A DNA stretch of 64,000 nt from Candidatus Methylarchaceae archaeon HK02M2 (GCA_024256165.1 JAKLZG010000091.1:8045-72044); one strand, 5' to 3'; shown: positions 17,438 to 27,583, counted from the first letter of the stretch. Translations and numbers: made by a program. Notes: a model not told the origin generated them from the sequence alone.

Positions 17438-18295
17438 ATTAAAGGCATAGAAGAAAAAATTATAGAAAAGATTCTACTTTTTACTGCAACTTCTTCAATC
17501 CTTGTAGTGTTGTTTATAATTGCATTCTTGTTAGTCGAGGGATGGTCTGCCATAAACTTAGATTTTCTATTCGGTTTAACGTGGCATCCATCCAATAACG
17601 AATTTGGAATTTTGCCCATAATTATCAGCACCATCATCGTTGGAGTTGGTGCAGTCTTGATTGCATTAGTAATAGGTGTCCCTTGTGCTATTTTCCTTGC
17701 AGAATTCGCTCCAAATTGGGTTAGGAATATAATCAAGCCAAGTGTTGAGATGCTCGTTGGAGTTCCTTCAATCGTGCTTGGATTTTTTGGATTGATGTTG
17801 ATCGTTCCATTTATCAGGGATAATTTAGGAGGAAGAGGAGAATGCATTCTTGCTGGATGGATAATTCTCTCAATAATGACTTTGCCACATGTAATAACCA
17901 TATCTGAAGACGCGATAAGAGCAGTTCCAAAATCTTATCGAGAAGCATCTCTTTCTCTTGGCGCAACAAAATGGCAGACAGTCAGGAACGTAACTTTGAC
18001 AAGTGCTAAGTCAGGAATACTAGCTTCTCTTATTTTAGGCATGGGGAATGCTATAGGAGAGACTATGGCAGTCTTGATGGTAATAGGTAACCCAAACATA
18101 CCCATAATTCCAACATCCATTTTAGATAGTGTCAGGGTATTAACATCAACTATAGTTATGGAGATAAGTTATGTAGAGTGGGGCTCCCAACATCAGTATG
18201 CATTATTTGCGATAGGAGTTGTTTTGTTTGTTTTAGTTGCCATCATCAACTTGATGGCAAGATCTGCAATACAAAGAGGGATGATGAAACGATGA
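17438..18295 (+). CDS. pstC: Phosphate ABC transporter permease PstC; probable ATT start at 17438
   Basis: W.P....FGILP, E.L.G.PS.V.GFFG, EAA loop, A.GETMAVLMV.GN; first TM helix starts upstream of the GTG at 17507. Confidence 0.93.
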   Translation: MKGIEEKIIEKILLFTATSSILVVLFIIAFLLVEGWSAINLDFLFGLTWHPSNNEFGILPIIISTIIVGVGAVLIALVIGVPCAIFLAEFAPNWVRNIIKPSVEMLVGVPSIVLGFFGLMLIVPFIRDNLGGRGECILAGWIILSIMTLPHVITISEDAIRAVPKSYREASLSLGATKWQTVRNVTLTSAKSGILASLILGMGNAIGETMAVLMVIGNPNIPIIPTSILDSVRVLTSTIVMEISYVEWGSQHQYALFAIGVVLFVLVAIINLMARSAIQRGMMKR

Positions 18296-18815
18296 ACGAA
18301 CAAACAAAAGAAGGGATAGTAAAAATCTTTCTATGGATTACTGGTATTATATCTGTGTTCGTCCTACTATCGATAATTTTCTATGTATTTGTAAATGGAG
18401 TAGGTGTGATAAGCCTTGAGTTCTTAACGGGTAAACCATATCGTTTTGAATATGGAGGAATATTACCCCAGATAGTTGGGTCTTTATTTCTCATTACAAT
18501 CTGTTTGCTATTCGCCGCTCCTATCGGTATAGGTTCAGGGATATATCTTGCTGAATATGCATCTGACAACCTTTTTACTAAGATAATAAGGTTCTTTGTA
18601 GAAACGCTTGCAGGCATTCCCTCCATTATAATAGGAATGTTTGGGCTGGCTTTTTTGGTCCATTACCTTTTTGGATTTTCTGTACTTTCTGGTGGTCTTG
18701 CATTAGGATTTATGATCCTTCCATGGACGGTCAGAGTATCTGAAGAAGCTGTAAGGGCAGTTCCAAAATCTTATCGAGAAGCATCTCTTTCTCTTGGCGC
18801 AACAAAATGGCAGAC
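17921..18815 (+). repeat. 59-bp exact direct repeat (17921-17979 and 18757-18815) in pstC and pstA
   Basis: GCAGTTCCAAAATCTTATCGAGAAGCATCTCTTTCTCTTGGCGCAACAAAATGGCAGAC occurs at both sites. Confidence 0.95.
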
Positions 18816-19131
18816 GGTATGGAACGTCGTCTTGAAAAGTGCAACTCCTAGCATAATAACGGGGGTACTTTTAGGTATTGGAAAGGCGATAGGTGAGACC
18901 GCTGTAGTTTTACTAACGGCTGGCTCTGGACTTGAAGCGTTTTTACCAATCTCGATATTCGACGCCGTTGGCTCTTTACCAGTTTATATTTACATGTTGG
19001 CAACACAAGGCCATACTTCTGCCGCTTTTGATAGAGCATATGGTGCTTCACTTGTTCTGATCACTATGTTTTTAATAATAAATTTAGGAGCTCTTTTTTT
19101 AAGAAATTACCTTATTAGGAGGCAAAGATAA
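18292..19131 (+). CDS. pstA: Phosphate ABC transporter permease PstA
   Basis: GGI.P.I.GS, LAGIPSII.G.FG, EAA loop, GETA; ATGA overlap with pstC. Confidence 0.94.
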   Translation: MNEQTKEGIVKIFLWITGIISVFVLLSIIFYVFVNGVGVISLEFLTGKPYRFEYGGILPQIVGSLFLITICLLFAAPIGIGSGIYLAEYASDNLFTKIIRFFVETLAGIPSIIIGMFGLAFLVHYLFGFSVLSGGLALGFMILPWTVRVSEEAVRAVPKSYREASLSLGATKWQTVWNVVLKSATPSIITGVLLGIGKAIGETAVVLLTAGSGLEAFLPISIFDAVGSLPVYIYMLATQGHTSAAFDRAYGASLVLITMFLIINLGALFLRNYLIRRQR

Positions 19132-19134
19132 AAT

Positions 19135-20004
19135 ATGAGTGATTTCAGTAAAGGCTATAGAAGATTTTTATCAGATTTGTATGAGTCAGCTCAATTATCA
19201 AATAGTGTTAAAATAGTGAAAGATAAGAAAGAAACTAACGCTTATATGGTGAAAGATAAAATAAATATTAAAAAGCTAAATGTTTGGTTTTCTGAAAGAC
19301 ACATCCTTAAAGACTTAAGTTTTATTATAAAAAGTAACAGCGTCACAGCTATAATGGGTCCATCAGGATGTGGAAAGACAACTTTCATAAGGGCCTTAAA
19401 TAGAATGAATGAAATTATCGAAGGATGCCGCACAACTGGAGAAGTGTTTCTTGATGGAATTGACATATATAGCGAAAAGATGAACGTTTTTGAGCTTAGA
19501 AAAAGGGTGGGCATGGTCTGCCAAAAACCTAACCCATTTCCTAAATCAGTCTTTGAGAATGTTTCATATGGATTGAGAATTCATAACATTACTAATGGAG
19601 AGAAGCTTGAGGAGGACGTAAAACAAGCTTTAATGGAAGCAGCACTTTGGGATGAAGTCAAGGACAGATTGAGCGAATCAGCTCTTAGGCTTTCAGGTGG
19701 ACAGCAACAGAGATTGTGCATAGCTAGGGCATTAGCTGTGAAGCCAGAAGTCATACTTTTTGACGAACCTTGCTCCGCACTCGACCCCACTGCAACAACA
19801 AAAATTGAAGACTTGATACGAAGGCTGAAGGAGAATTACACAGTAGTAATAGTTACTCATAATTTACAACAAGCTGCAAGGGTTTCTGATATGGTAGCCT
19901 TCCTATATTTAGGAAAACTTATTGAGTACGGAAGGACAAAAGATGTATTCCTAAATCCAAAGAGTGAACTCACAGAAAGATATATCACAGGCAAGTTTGG
20001 CTAA
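19135..20004 (+). CDS. pstB: Phosphate ABC transporter ATPase
   Basis: [50 protein letters not shown]. Confidence 0.96.
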   Translation: MSDFSKGYRRFLSDLYESAQLSNSVKIVKDKKETNAYMVKDKINIKKLNVWFSERHILKDLSFIIKSNSVTAIMGPSGCGKTTFIRALNRMNEIIEGCRTTGEVFLDGIDIYSEKMNVFELRKRVGMVCQKPNPFPKSVFENVSYGLRIHNITNGEKLEEDVKQALMEAALWDEVKDRLSESALRLSGGQQQRLCIARALAVKPEVILFDEPCSALDPTATTKIEDLIRRLKENYTVVIVTHNLQQAARVSDMVAFLYLGKLIEYGRTKDVFLNPKSELTERYITGKFG

Positions 20005-20143
20005 GATTTTTTTCCTGAAAATAACAGTTCTGATTTTTAGGGTATTGTGAACACTTTTGTATATCCATAACATTTTAAAAGCTCCTAAAGTCTAGTCCCT
20101 CTCAAGCCGTAGTTCACTGACCCTGTAGTACTACGGTATCAAT

Positions 20144-20240
20144 GGCCGCCGTGGTGCAGTGGTAGCACAGGGGCCTGTGGATCTATGTAGAAAGCCCTTA
20201 GCCCGGGTTCGATATAAATACGAAAATCCCGGCGGCGGCC
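20144..20240 (+). tRNA. tRNA-His(GTG) with encoded G-1 and two introns (20181-20192 at 37/38; about 20214-20226 in the T-loop)
   Basis: G-GCCGCCG/CGGCGGC-C acceptor; GGGGC-CT-GTG-G[12 nt]A-GCCCT; T arm CCGGG/CCCGG around a 20-nt loop with a TTCG/CGAA bulge-helix-bulge. Confidence 0.92.
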
Positions 20241-20394
20241 TTGAATGTTAATAAAGGGATTTAACTCATAGAATTAAATAAAAAACAAATCAAAGCTGAA
20301 AGTTGAAGATCAATCGATACGAACTTAGTATGTATATAAAAAAATGGGTTATTGCGGAATTAATGATAACTTTCCTTTTAGAACTATTAAGTTC

Positions 20395-20535
20395 TTATGC
20401 AGTCACTCTTCTTAGATGATGATCCTTGAACTTGTTGACATGTGATACGGCTTTGCCAACTTGGACGAAATGCTTGCCACAATCGCATTCATACTCGAAG
20501 GAGGCATCGTGGGGATTATCTTCTTTTTTACTCAT
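20395..20535 (-). CDS. 46-aa C2H2-like zinc-finger microprotein (not in ORF track)
   Basis: MSKKEDNPHDASFEYECDCGKHFVQVGKAVSHVNKFKDHHLRRVTA; SD AGGTGA upstream. Confidence 0.65.
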   Translation of the reverse strand: MSKKEDNPHDASFEYECDCGKHFVQVGKAVSHVNKFKDHHLRRVTA

Positions 20536-20854
20536 TATTCACCTACCTTGGCTTCCGATCCCAATCATCTAATATTTTAGCTTTTTGGAGATCAATTTTC
20601 AAATTTTTATAAATTGGGAATCAATCGAAGTAATACCGATGATATGTGATTTATTCTAGTATCTTTTCAAAGTATGAGATAAGCATAAATGACTTCAATA
20701 TTAAGGCTCCTTATTTCAGAAGCAAATTAAAAATGATGCTAGAATGAATTTCTCACTCTTAACTTTATGTTCTTTGTCTTTCTAAAACACTTCCTTTATT
20801 ATAAAGAGAAAGTAATTTTAATTTAATTTAAAGTATAGGTAATCGTATAACATA

Positions 20855-21517
20855 ATGAAAGGGTGTAATAGTATCCAAATAACTGTTGATTCACGTGAAC
20901 CTGGCTACATATTGGCACTACTTCTCCAGCGGGGCGTGGATGTAGAGAGAAGGATGATTACTCCAGGCGACTATGTTATATCATCTGAGTGTGCAATTGA
21001 AAGAAAGACCATTGGAGACTTCGTGAACTCCATATATACGGGTAGACTCTTCGAACAAGTAGATAGTTTAAAAGAAGCATACTTGAAGCCATTGGTCATA
21101 CTAGAGGGAGATATCGGACTAGAGTTAGAAGAGATGAAGAATCCAGGGGCATTTTGGGGCGCTATTCTTAGAATCGAAGTAGACATGAGTGTACCTATAA
21201 TAACCACGCCAACTTTCTTCCATACAGTTGACGTTTTATGCACCCTTGCGAAAAGGCTTCAAAAAAAGTTAGTGAAGAGTATACATATCCAGCACAAGCC
21301 GAGACTAATGACCGAGAAAGATTGGCAGATTTACGTTGTATCAAGCCTACCTAATGTAGGAAATGAGTTATCGAGACGCCTCCTAAAACGTTTCAAGACC
21401 ATAAGAAATATCTTTCAAGCAAGTGTACGTGATCTGGAGAGGGTCAAAGGTATCGGGGGAGCCAAGGCTAAAAAGATAATCAAACTCCTTGACATTCAGT
21501 ATAGTGTTGATGAATGA
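20855..21517 (+). CDS. xpf: Short-form XPF/ERCC4 nuclease with HhH2 domain
   Basis: VDSRE, GDYVIS....IERKT..DF..SI..GRLFEQ, LP.VG...GIG HhH motifs. Confidence 0.9.
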   Translation: MKGCNSIQITVDSREPGYILALLLQRGVDVERRMITPGDYVISSECAIERKTIGDFVNSIYTGRLFEQVDSLKEAYLKPLVILEGDIGLELEEMKNPGAFWGAILRIEVDMSVPIITTPTFFHTVDVLCTLAKRLQKKLVKSIHIQHKPRLMTEKDWQIYVVSSLPNVGNELSRRLLKRFKTIRNIFQASVRDLERVKGIGGAKAKKIIKLLDIQYSVDE

Positions 21518-21527
21518 TTGCCTTTTT

Positions 21528-22316
21528 TTATATAGTAACAGATTCTAAAGTGCTTAAAAACTGATTTTCTATCTTGTTATGATATTCAAAGTGGTCATTA
21601 GGATCTTTCAATAAGACATAGAGCCAGTAGATCCCGAATATGCCAAAAGTTATTATTGTAAGAATTAGATAGAGAACAAAGCTTCTGTTAGGCAAAGTTA
21701 CCAATCTTCTGGGTATTGAAAACGTTATATCACATTTGTTCAATGCTTTGTTTATATCCTCCCAAAATCCATCTTCTCTTCTTTCATGTTTGTAGAAATC
21801 TCCCATCAGAAAGTAGCGGACATACCAGTCTGCAATGAATATGATTGCTGATAGAATAGCCCAAAGCGCAGCACTTTTCTCGGTTTCTTCAGCCCTAACT
21901 TCCCTCACTGTTCTTTCACAAGACGCTAACTCGAGATCTATGTTAACTCCTTTTTTTGCCGCTATTGCTTTAACTGCAGCAATGATATCATCGAAGAGAA
22001 AAATCTGTCTTTTAAAGTGAGTATTGCGTCTCTGAACAAGCTTGTAAATGAGTATTATAGAAACTATAAAAGCAATTATCATTATTATAGGTAATAAAAT
22101 AGTGAACATCAGAAGCGATAATGAAGGACCTATAGGGGTTGGTCCTGGACCAATAATCACCTCTGTGAAAGCAAAGTAGAAGAATATGCTAAATAGAAAT
22201 AGAATACCTGCGATGATGGGAGCGATATATACAAGTAGCCAAGCGTTCGACATCATTGTATCAGTCTCAACATGCATCCGAATGTCTTTTCTTATGTTTT
22301 CAATTTCAACAGTCAA
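21528..22316 (-). CDS. Membrane protein, DUF4234-like
   Basis: RS..LYLILTIITFGIFGIYWLY...D.N.H motif; internally repeated architecture. Confidence 0.7.
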   Translation of the reverse strand: MTVEIENIRKDIRMHVETDTMMSNAWLLVYIAPIIAGILFLFSIFFYFAFTEVIIGPGPTPIGPSLSLLMFTILLPIIMIIAFIVSIILIYKLVQRRNTHFKRQIFLFDDIIAAVKAIAAKKGVNIDLELASCERTVREVRAEETEKSAALWAILSAIIFIADWYVRYFLMGDFYKHERREDGFWEDINKALNKCDITFSIPRRLVTLPNRSFVLYLILTIITFGIFGIYWLYVLLKDPNDHFEYHNKIENQFLSTLESVTI

Positions 22317-22480
22317 TTGTAGTAGAGTAGTATCAGATTCTATTAATAAGATTTTAGGTGTTTTTCTAAAAATGAAAATTTAAAATAATAAGATAGTCAA
22401 ACAACTTGGGAAAAACCCTGCAGATTTTACAATGATAAATGTCATTCTACTTATACCATTTCTTCTACTAAGATTTCCTT

Positions 22481-23932
22481 TTATTCATCTTGGATTTTTG
22501 GGCCAAAAGGACAAGAAGCATCAGGTCCTAGCCAGTCTCCATGTGTGATGAATGCAGTGTATCTACAACCTCCGCATATATCGTTGTATGTACATGTTTT
22601 ACAAGAACCTTTAAGCGCTTTTCGGTTTCTAATATAACTCAATAATTCATTATGAATCCAGATTTCTTCTAGGCTTTGTTCAAGAAGATTGCCCAGTTTT
22701 ATTGGGGCAGGAACGCAGGGAATTAGGTCTCCCGAGGTGGTGAGACCTGCATAAGTTAAGCCAGCTGAGCATCCACCGAAACCCGTTGCAAGCTTCTTCA
22801 CAATCTTGGAAACTTCTCCTCCAAATTTCTCTTGAAACATCTTTTCGTGACCTGACAGGGCTTCACTTACTGTGAAAACTTTACCTTTTGAACGTTCATA
22901 TCCGAGTCGAGAATAATAAGTCATTCCTCGGGCATAACATTGCATGCCGAATCCCTCTATTACACTCTTGTAGAACTTATTGTACAATACTTCAAGAGCC
23001 TCTATCTTCTCTCTTGGAGTCACGTCAAGATAAAATGCTTCTATTCCACGACCAGCAGGTATAAGGCGGTTTAGATAAAATCTAGTCGCTCCAAGCCTCT
23101 CTGCTAGGTCCATGGTTTTTTCTAATTCATTAACGTTCTCTGAGTGCAGTGTCATAGTAACGGCCAACTCATCGAAGCCCTCAGAAGAACAATTTCTTAT
23201 TCCTTCAATAGTTGATTTAAAACTTCCAGGTTTATTTCTCAAGAAATCATGTGTTTTAGCCGTTGCACCATCTAAACCTATCTCTATCCTTTTAATACCC
23301 ACCTTAGCAAGCCTTTTCGCTACTTCAAGAGTTATCAGAGTTCCGTTGGATGCAATTGTACATAACATGCCATTGTCATTAGCTCTTTTAATCACATCAA
23401 AAACATCTTTGCGAAGTAGAGGTTCTCCTCCCGATAAGGTTAGTATAACTACTCCTCCATCGCTCATATTATCTACTACTTTGTAAGCTTGAAGAGTAGT
23501 TAGTTCTTGATGAGAAGACTCTGGTGAAGAATCTTGATGACAGTGTAAGCAGTTAAGATTACATCTGTTAGTAAAGTTCCAAACAATAACTATTGGAGCA
23601 CCTGTTGGCTGTGGATACCTTATTCCGAAATTCGCAATTCCCTTCACCACGCTAAGTATGCATTTTTTGATAAGGGGGTCTCTCATTAGTCGTTTTCTTT
23701 TATTACCATCTACTCTAAGACTGAAGAATAAAAGACGAATTAAAGGTGTTATAGCTTTTAATGTTAGTAAGCAACTTTCACAAAGAAGACTTGATGAGCA
23801 GCCTTCAAACGCTGAAAGCAATCGCTCTTGTCCACATTTTTCACATTTATATGTCAAATACCGAGCGAGAGCTTTCCAAATAGGGTTGAAGAATAGAGTT
23901 AAAGAATGGTCACCGTCAGGCATTTTAATCAT
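22481..23932 (-). CDS. Radical SAM/SPASM protein with N-terminal Cys-rich extension
   Basis: CNLNCLHC, SGGEPL, SPASM C.AG...G...PC and C..C.....C.GC...A......D..C; N-terminal CEKC...CESC. Confidence 0.92.
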   Translation of the reverse strand: MIKMPDGDHSLTLFFNPIWKALARYLTYKCEKCGQERLLSAFEGCSSSLLCESCLLTLKAITPLIRLLFFSLRVDGNKRKRLMRDPLIKKCILSVVKGIANFGIRYPQPTGAPIVIVWNFTNRCNLNCLHCHQDSSPESSHQELTTLQAYKVVDNMSDGGVVILTLSGGEPLLRKDVFDVIKRANDNGMLCTIASNGTLITLEVAKRLAKVGIKRIEIGLDGATAKTHDFLRNKPGSFKSTIEGIRNCSSEGFDELAVTMTLHSENVNELEKTMDLAERLGATRFYLNRLIPAGRGIEAFYLDVTPREKIEALEVLYNKFYKSVIEGFGMQCYARGMTYYSRLGYERSKGKVFTVSEALSGHEKMFQEKFGGEVSKIVKKLATGFGGCSAGLTYAGLTTSGDLIPCVPAPIKLGNLLEQSLEEIWIHNELLSYIRNRKALKGSCKTCTYNDICGGCRYTAFITHGDWLGPDASCPFGPKIQDE

Positions 23933-24070
23933 TTAGTATCCCAATCCATTCTTCGTAATTGTATATTACGGCTCATTTACCTATTTTATATATCTGTTTG
24001 ACTATAACAATAGATAAATCAAATATTTCCCTAAACCTTATTAAAAAGGACGGTCAGAGATGGAGAGATT

Positions 24071-24859
24071 ATGAAGGTTGTAATCCATACTGATTCATTG
24101 TCTAAGCATTATGGCAAGGGTGGTGAGATTAAGGCAGTAGATGAGTTAGATCTGGAAGTTTATGAGGGAGAAACTTTCGGTCTTTTAGGTCCAAATGGGG
24201 CAGGTAAGACAACGACCGTTCGCTTGTTAAACTGTATAATAAAGCCGACAAGGGGTACAGCCTCCGTGAACGGTTATGACATCCTCAAAGACGAAACAGA
24301 AGTGAAGAGAGTCACAGGCTTGCTTGCTGAATCTCCAGGATTATACGAGAAGCTTAGCGCTTATGAATTTCTGGAGTTCATGGGAGCCCTTTACGATGTT
24401 CCCAAAAATATTATGCCTGAAAGGATAGATGACCTACTAAAGCTATTCGGACTTTATGAGAGACGTGACTACCTGCTTGAAGGCTACAGCCGAGGTATGA
24501 AACAAAAGATTTTGATAGCAGCGGCTCTGATTCATGATCCTCCTATTCTTTTCTTTGACGAACCTACCTCTATGCTAGACCCCCGCGCTGCTCTAATGGT
24601 GAAGGATCTGATAAAGGGATTAGCAGACAAGGTAGGGAAGACCATCTTCATCTGTAGCCATATTCTACCAATCGTGGAGGAGTTATGTGATAGAATAGGT
24701 ATAATCAACCAAGGCAAACTCATCGCTTTAGGCACTATAGATGAAATCATTAATCAGACAAAAACGAATACATTGGAAAGGGCTTTCATCGCTATAACAG
24801 GGGGAGTGGAGGAGAAGGAGCTATTGGCGTGGAGGGAGCAGAGAGGTGCTAGTGCCTAA
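24071..24859 (+). CDS. ABC-2 type exporter ATP-binding subunit
   Basis: GPNGAGKTT, YSRGMKQK, FFDEPT, SH. Confidence 0.95.
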   Translation: MKVVIHTDSLSKHYGKGGEIKAVDELDLEVYEGETFGLLGPNGAGKTTTVRLLNCIIKPTRGTASVNGYDILKDETEVKRVTGLLAESPGLYEKLSAYEFLEFMGALYDVPKNIMPERIDDLLKLFGLYERRDYLLEGYSRGMKQKILIAAALIHDPPILFFDEPTSMLDPRAALMVKDLIKGLADKVGKTIFICSHILPIVEELCDRIGIINQGKLIALGTIDEIINQTKTNTLERAFIAITGGVEEKELLAWREQRGASA

Positions 24860-26414
24860 GTGGCTTCTGATCGCAAGGAATGAATATCGCATCCGCACAA
24901 GTAGAATACGGAAGATAAGACCCTATTTCCCCTATCTGGTTATAGGGCTACTAGCGGTTTATGTGGCTTTTCTTGCTCCAGCATTCATCGCTATGTTCAT
25001 CGATGACATTATCGCTTTCATACTATCCCAAGCTGCTGTAGCCATGGTACAGATAATACTATTCCTGATCTTTTTTTATTTCATTATAATTCCAATCAGC
25101 AACACGTTAAAGGAAGTACAGACCGAGCAGCAAGAAATCTTTCTTGCATCTCCTGTCAAGCCGAGCGATGTTCTGTTAGGTGAGTTTCTGGGCGTAATGC
25201 CTTTCTATACCATCGCTGCTGTGGTGATCATTGGCCTTTTCACATCTATTCTAACTCCTATGGGGCTGGATTTAGCTCAGATAGCGATAATAATAATGAT
25301 CTTCATCATCACTTTTTTTTCCTCTCTATGGATCGGCACTGTAATAGCTGCCATCCTTAGAACAAAGTTTGGAAAAACAGCCCGTGGAAAAGATATTGGA
25401 AAGGCCCTTAGCCTAATCATCGCTTTACCCATGATAGCAGTATTATATGCAATTATGGGCGGAGGTTTGCTTGAAGCACTTGCCGATCCTGGGACAAGTG
25501 GTTTGGTCACAACCATTCTTGGTTTGTTACCTAGTTCTTGGGGAGCAGAAGTCATAATCGGCTTTGCATCCAACCCAGGAAACATCGCCGCCGTGGGATT
25601 CGAGACTTTTACTCGTTTTGGGGGTCTTATAGCATTCTTTATAACGGTGTTTTGGTTGGGCGTAAAAGCTGCTAATCGTGCATACAGCCTTGAACCCACC
25701 ACCTTTATAGCTTCAAGGGTTAAACCGGACGGTATTTTCTATAAAACCATTAAATATCTTGGTGGAGGGAGATCTTTTGGCACCCTCTTAGTATCTACCT
25801 TCAAGACGTATGGTCGAAGGCTACAAAACCTTTCGTATATCGCCTATGCCGTTGGTTTACTCGTTTTGGTAACCATCTTTTTCACGCAGCCTGACTATCC
25901 TGAGGATGCCCTTATAATGGGCATATTCTTGTTTCCACTCCTTGCAGCGTTTGTGGCTAGCGATGTGACGCTCAGAGGAAAGGATACTCTCTTCATATAT
26001 CGAAAAACACCTAACGGTGTCGGAAGATTTGTTAAGGCGAGGTTGGTACAAGGTTGGCTAATCGTAGTTCCGATCGCTGCTGTGACTACAGCTGTCTCAA
26101 CAATCTTAATTCCCCAAACCACCTCTATTTCTTTATTGGTTAACACCGGATTAATGATGCTATTCGTTGCAGCGAACGTGGTTTTCGCTATTGGTCTATT
26201 CCTCTTAAATCCAGTCTTCTCGGACAAGTCAGGAACTTTTGTATTTAATATCTTCATAACCCCTAATATTTGGCTCGTACTTTTCATAGTTTCTCTTATT
26301 ATTTTTGACCTCGGACTATTGGATTCGCTATCTTATTTCATGATACCTATAAGTTGGATACTAGGAATTATATTCCTTTATCTTGGAAAAAGGAATATGA
26401 GTAGAATCGAATAA
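24846..26414 (+). CDS. ABC exporter permease (large multi-TM)
   Basis: Many TM segments, overlaps the ATPase gene, L.SPVKP.D..LG.F. Confidence 0.8.
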   Translation: MLVPKWLLIARNEYRIRTSRIRKIRPYFPYLVIGLLAVYVAFLAPAFIAMFIDDIIAFILSQAAVAMVQIILFLIFFYFIIIPISNTLKEVQTEQQEIFLASPVKPSDVLLGEFLGVMPFYTIAAVVIIGLFTSILTPMGLDLAQIAIIIMIFIITFFSSLWIGTVIAAILRTKFGKTARGKDIGKALSLIIALPMIAVLYAIMGGGLLEALADPGTSGLVTTILGLLPSSWGAEVIIGFASNPGNIAAVGFETFTRFGGLIAFFITVFWLGVKAANRAYSLEPTTFIASRVKPDGIFYKTIKYLGGGRSFGTLLVSTFKTYGRRLQNLSYIAYAVGLLVLVTIFFTQPDYPEDALIMGIFLFPLLAAFVASDVTLRGKDTLFIYRKTPNGVGRFVKARLVQGWLIVVPIAAVTTAVSTILIPQTTSISLLVNTGLMMLFVAANVVFAIGLFLLNPVFSDKSGTFVFNIFITPNIWLVLFIVSLIIFDLGLLDSLSYFMIPISWILGIIFLYLGKRNMSRIE

Positions 26415-26818
26415 CGAGAAATCATCAATGAACCTATCTAGGATTCCTAATCCACTTATCGTTATGATGGTTACAATAATATATCAGTTAAAAGATTGTT
26501 AATGAGTCTAGGGTATGTTCCATGTTTTTCTTTAGGAATTGTCTAGGACCATATCTTAGGACCCTATGTAGTATAGTATTTGTATATATAGAGAGAGTAA
26601 GGATTTGACAACGAAAAAACAGATAAAACAAACAAAACAAAGGTAAACAAGAGACGAACAAAGGTGAACAAGAGCTTACCATAAGTAAAACAAGAAATCC
26701 TTGATTTAGTGGATAAATTCATTAGCCTAGAAAATGTTCATGGCTACATACCTATTGTGGGTTATTAATAAATGAGTCCAATAATAATAGATATCAGTTA
26801 TTTCTACAAATTAGGAAT

Positions 26819-27583
26819 ATGAAAAAGTTTGTAATTGATTTATCTAAAAGAGCTGGAAATTTTTTACTTATAAATTTTCGTAAAGATTCTGATCTTTTTA
26901 GATTAAGGGGAACTAGTAAAGAAATTGTCACGAAATATGATAAAATGTCAGACGAGATGATCTTAAAAGCTCTTATTAAGAAATTTCCAGAATATAATAT
27001 AATAACTGAAGAGAGTGGTATTAGAAATAAAAACTCTGAATTTACTTGGATTGTAGACTCATTAGATGGAAGTAGCAATTTCGCTGCTGGCAATCCATTT
27101 TTTTCAATATCTATCGCTCTTTTACATTATGATAAGCCAATACTAGGCGTTTCTTATGCTCCTTTTTTAAAAGAACTTTTTGTGGCTGAAGAAGGAAAAG
27201 GCTCTTTGTTGAATGGAAAAATCATACATGTATCAGATATCGAAAAACTTGAAAAAAGTTATTTTGTCTGGTGTGAAGGTGCTGGAAGTAATTTACGTAT
27301 GAGTAAAATTAACTCAGTTCTGCACCCGATAATAAAAGATTTACGTAAATTAGGTTCTGGTTCATTAGAATGCGCTTGGGTTGCTTCTGGTAGAGCAGAA
27401 GCTTATGTAACAACACAAATAGACCCCTGGGATGTCGCAGCAGGTGTTATATTAGTTTTAGAAGCTGGAGGAAAGGTTACAAATTTTAAAGGAGATGATT
27501 GGAAACATGTAAGAACTGATTTCATTTCTTCTAATACGAAAGTTCACAATGATATCCTTGAAATTATGAAAAATATAGAGTAA
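26819..27583 (+). CDS. suhB: Inositol monophosphatase / FBPase family
   Basis: VT..D, EE, WIVDSLDGSSNF, R.LGS..LE..WVA.G, WDVAAG. Confidence 0.92.
   Translation: MKKFVIDLSKRAGNFLLINFRKDSDLFRLRGTSKEIVTKYDKMSDEMILKALIKKFPEYNIITEESGIRNKNSEFTWIVDSLDGSSNFAAGNPFFSISIALLHYDKPILGVSYAPFLKELFVAEEGKGSLLNGKIIHVSDIEKLEKSYFVWCEGAGSNLRMSKINSVLHPIIKDLRKLGSGSLECAWVASGRAEAYVTTQIDPWDVAAGVILVLEAGGKVTNFKGDDWKHVRTDFISSNTKVHNDILEIMKNIE

Noticed and set aside
26488..26690. 64-aa ORF and imperfect AACAAAGGTRAACAAGAG duplication
   Set aside because: Low-complexity A-rich sequence with only two copies and no spacers; the ORF looks spurious
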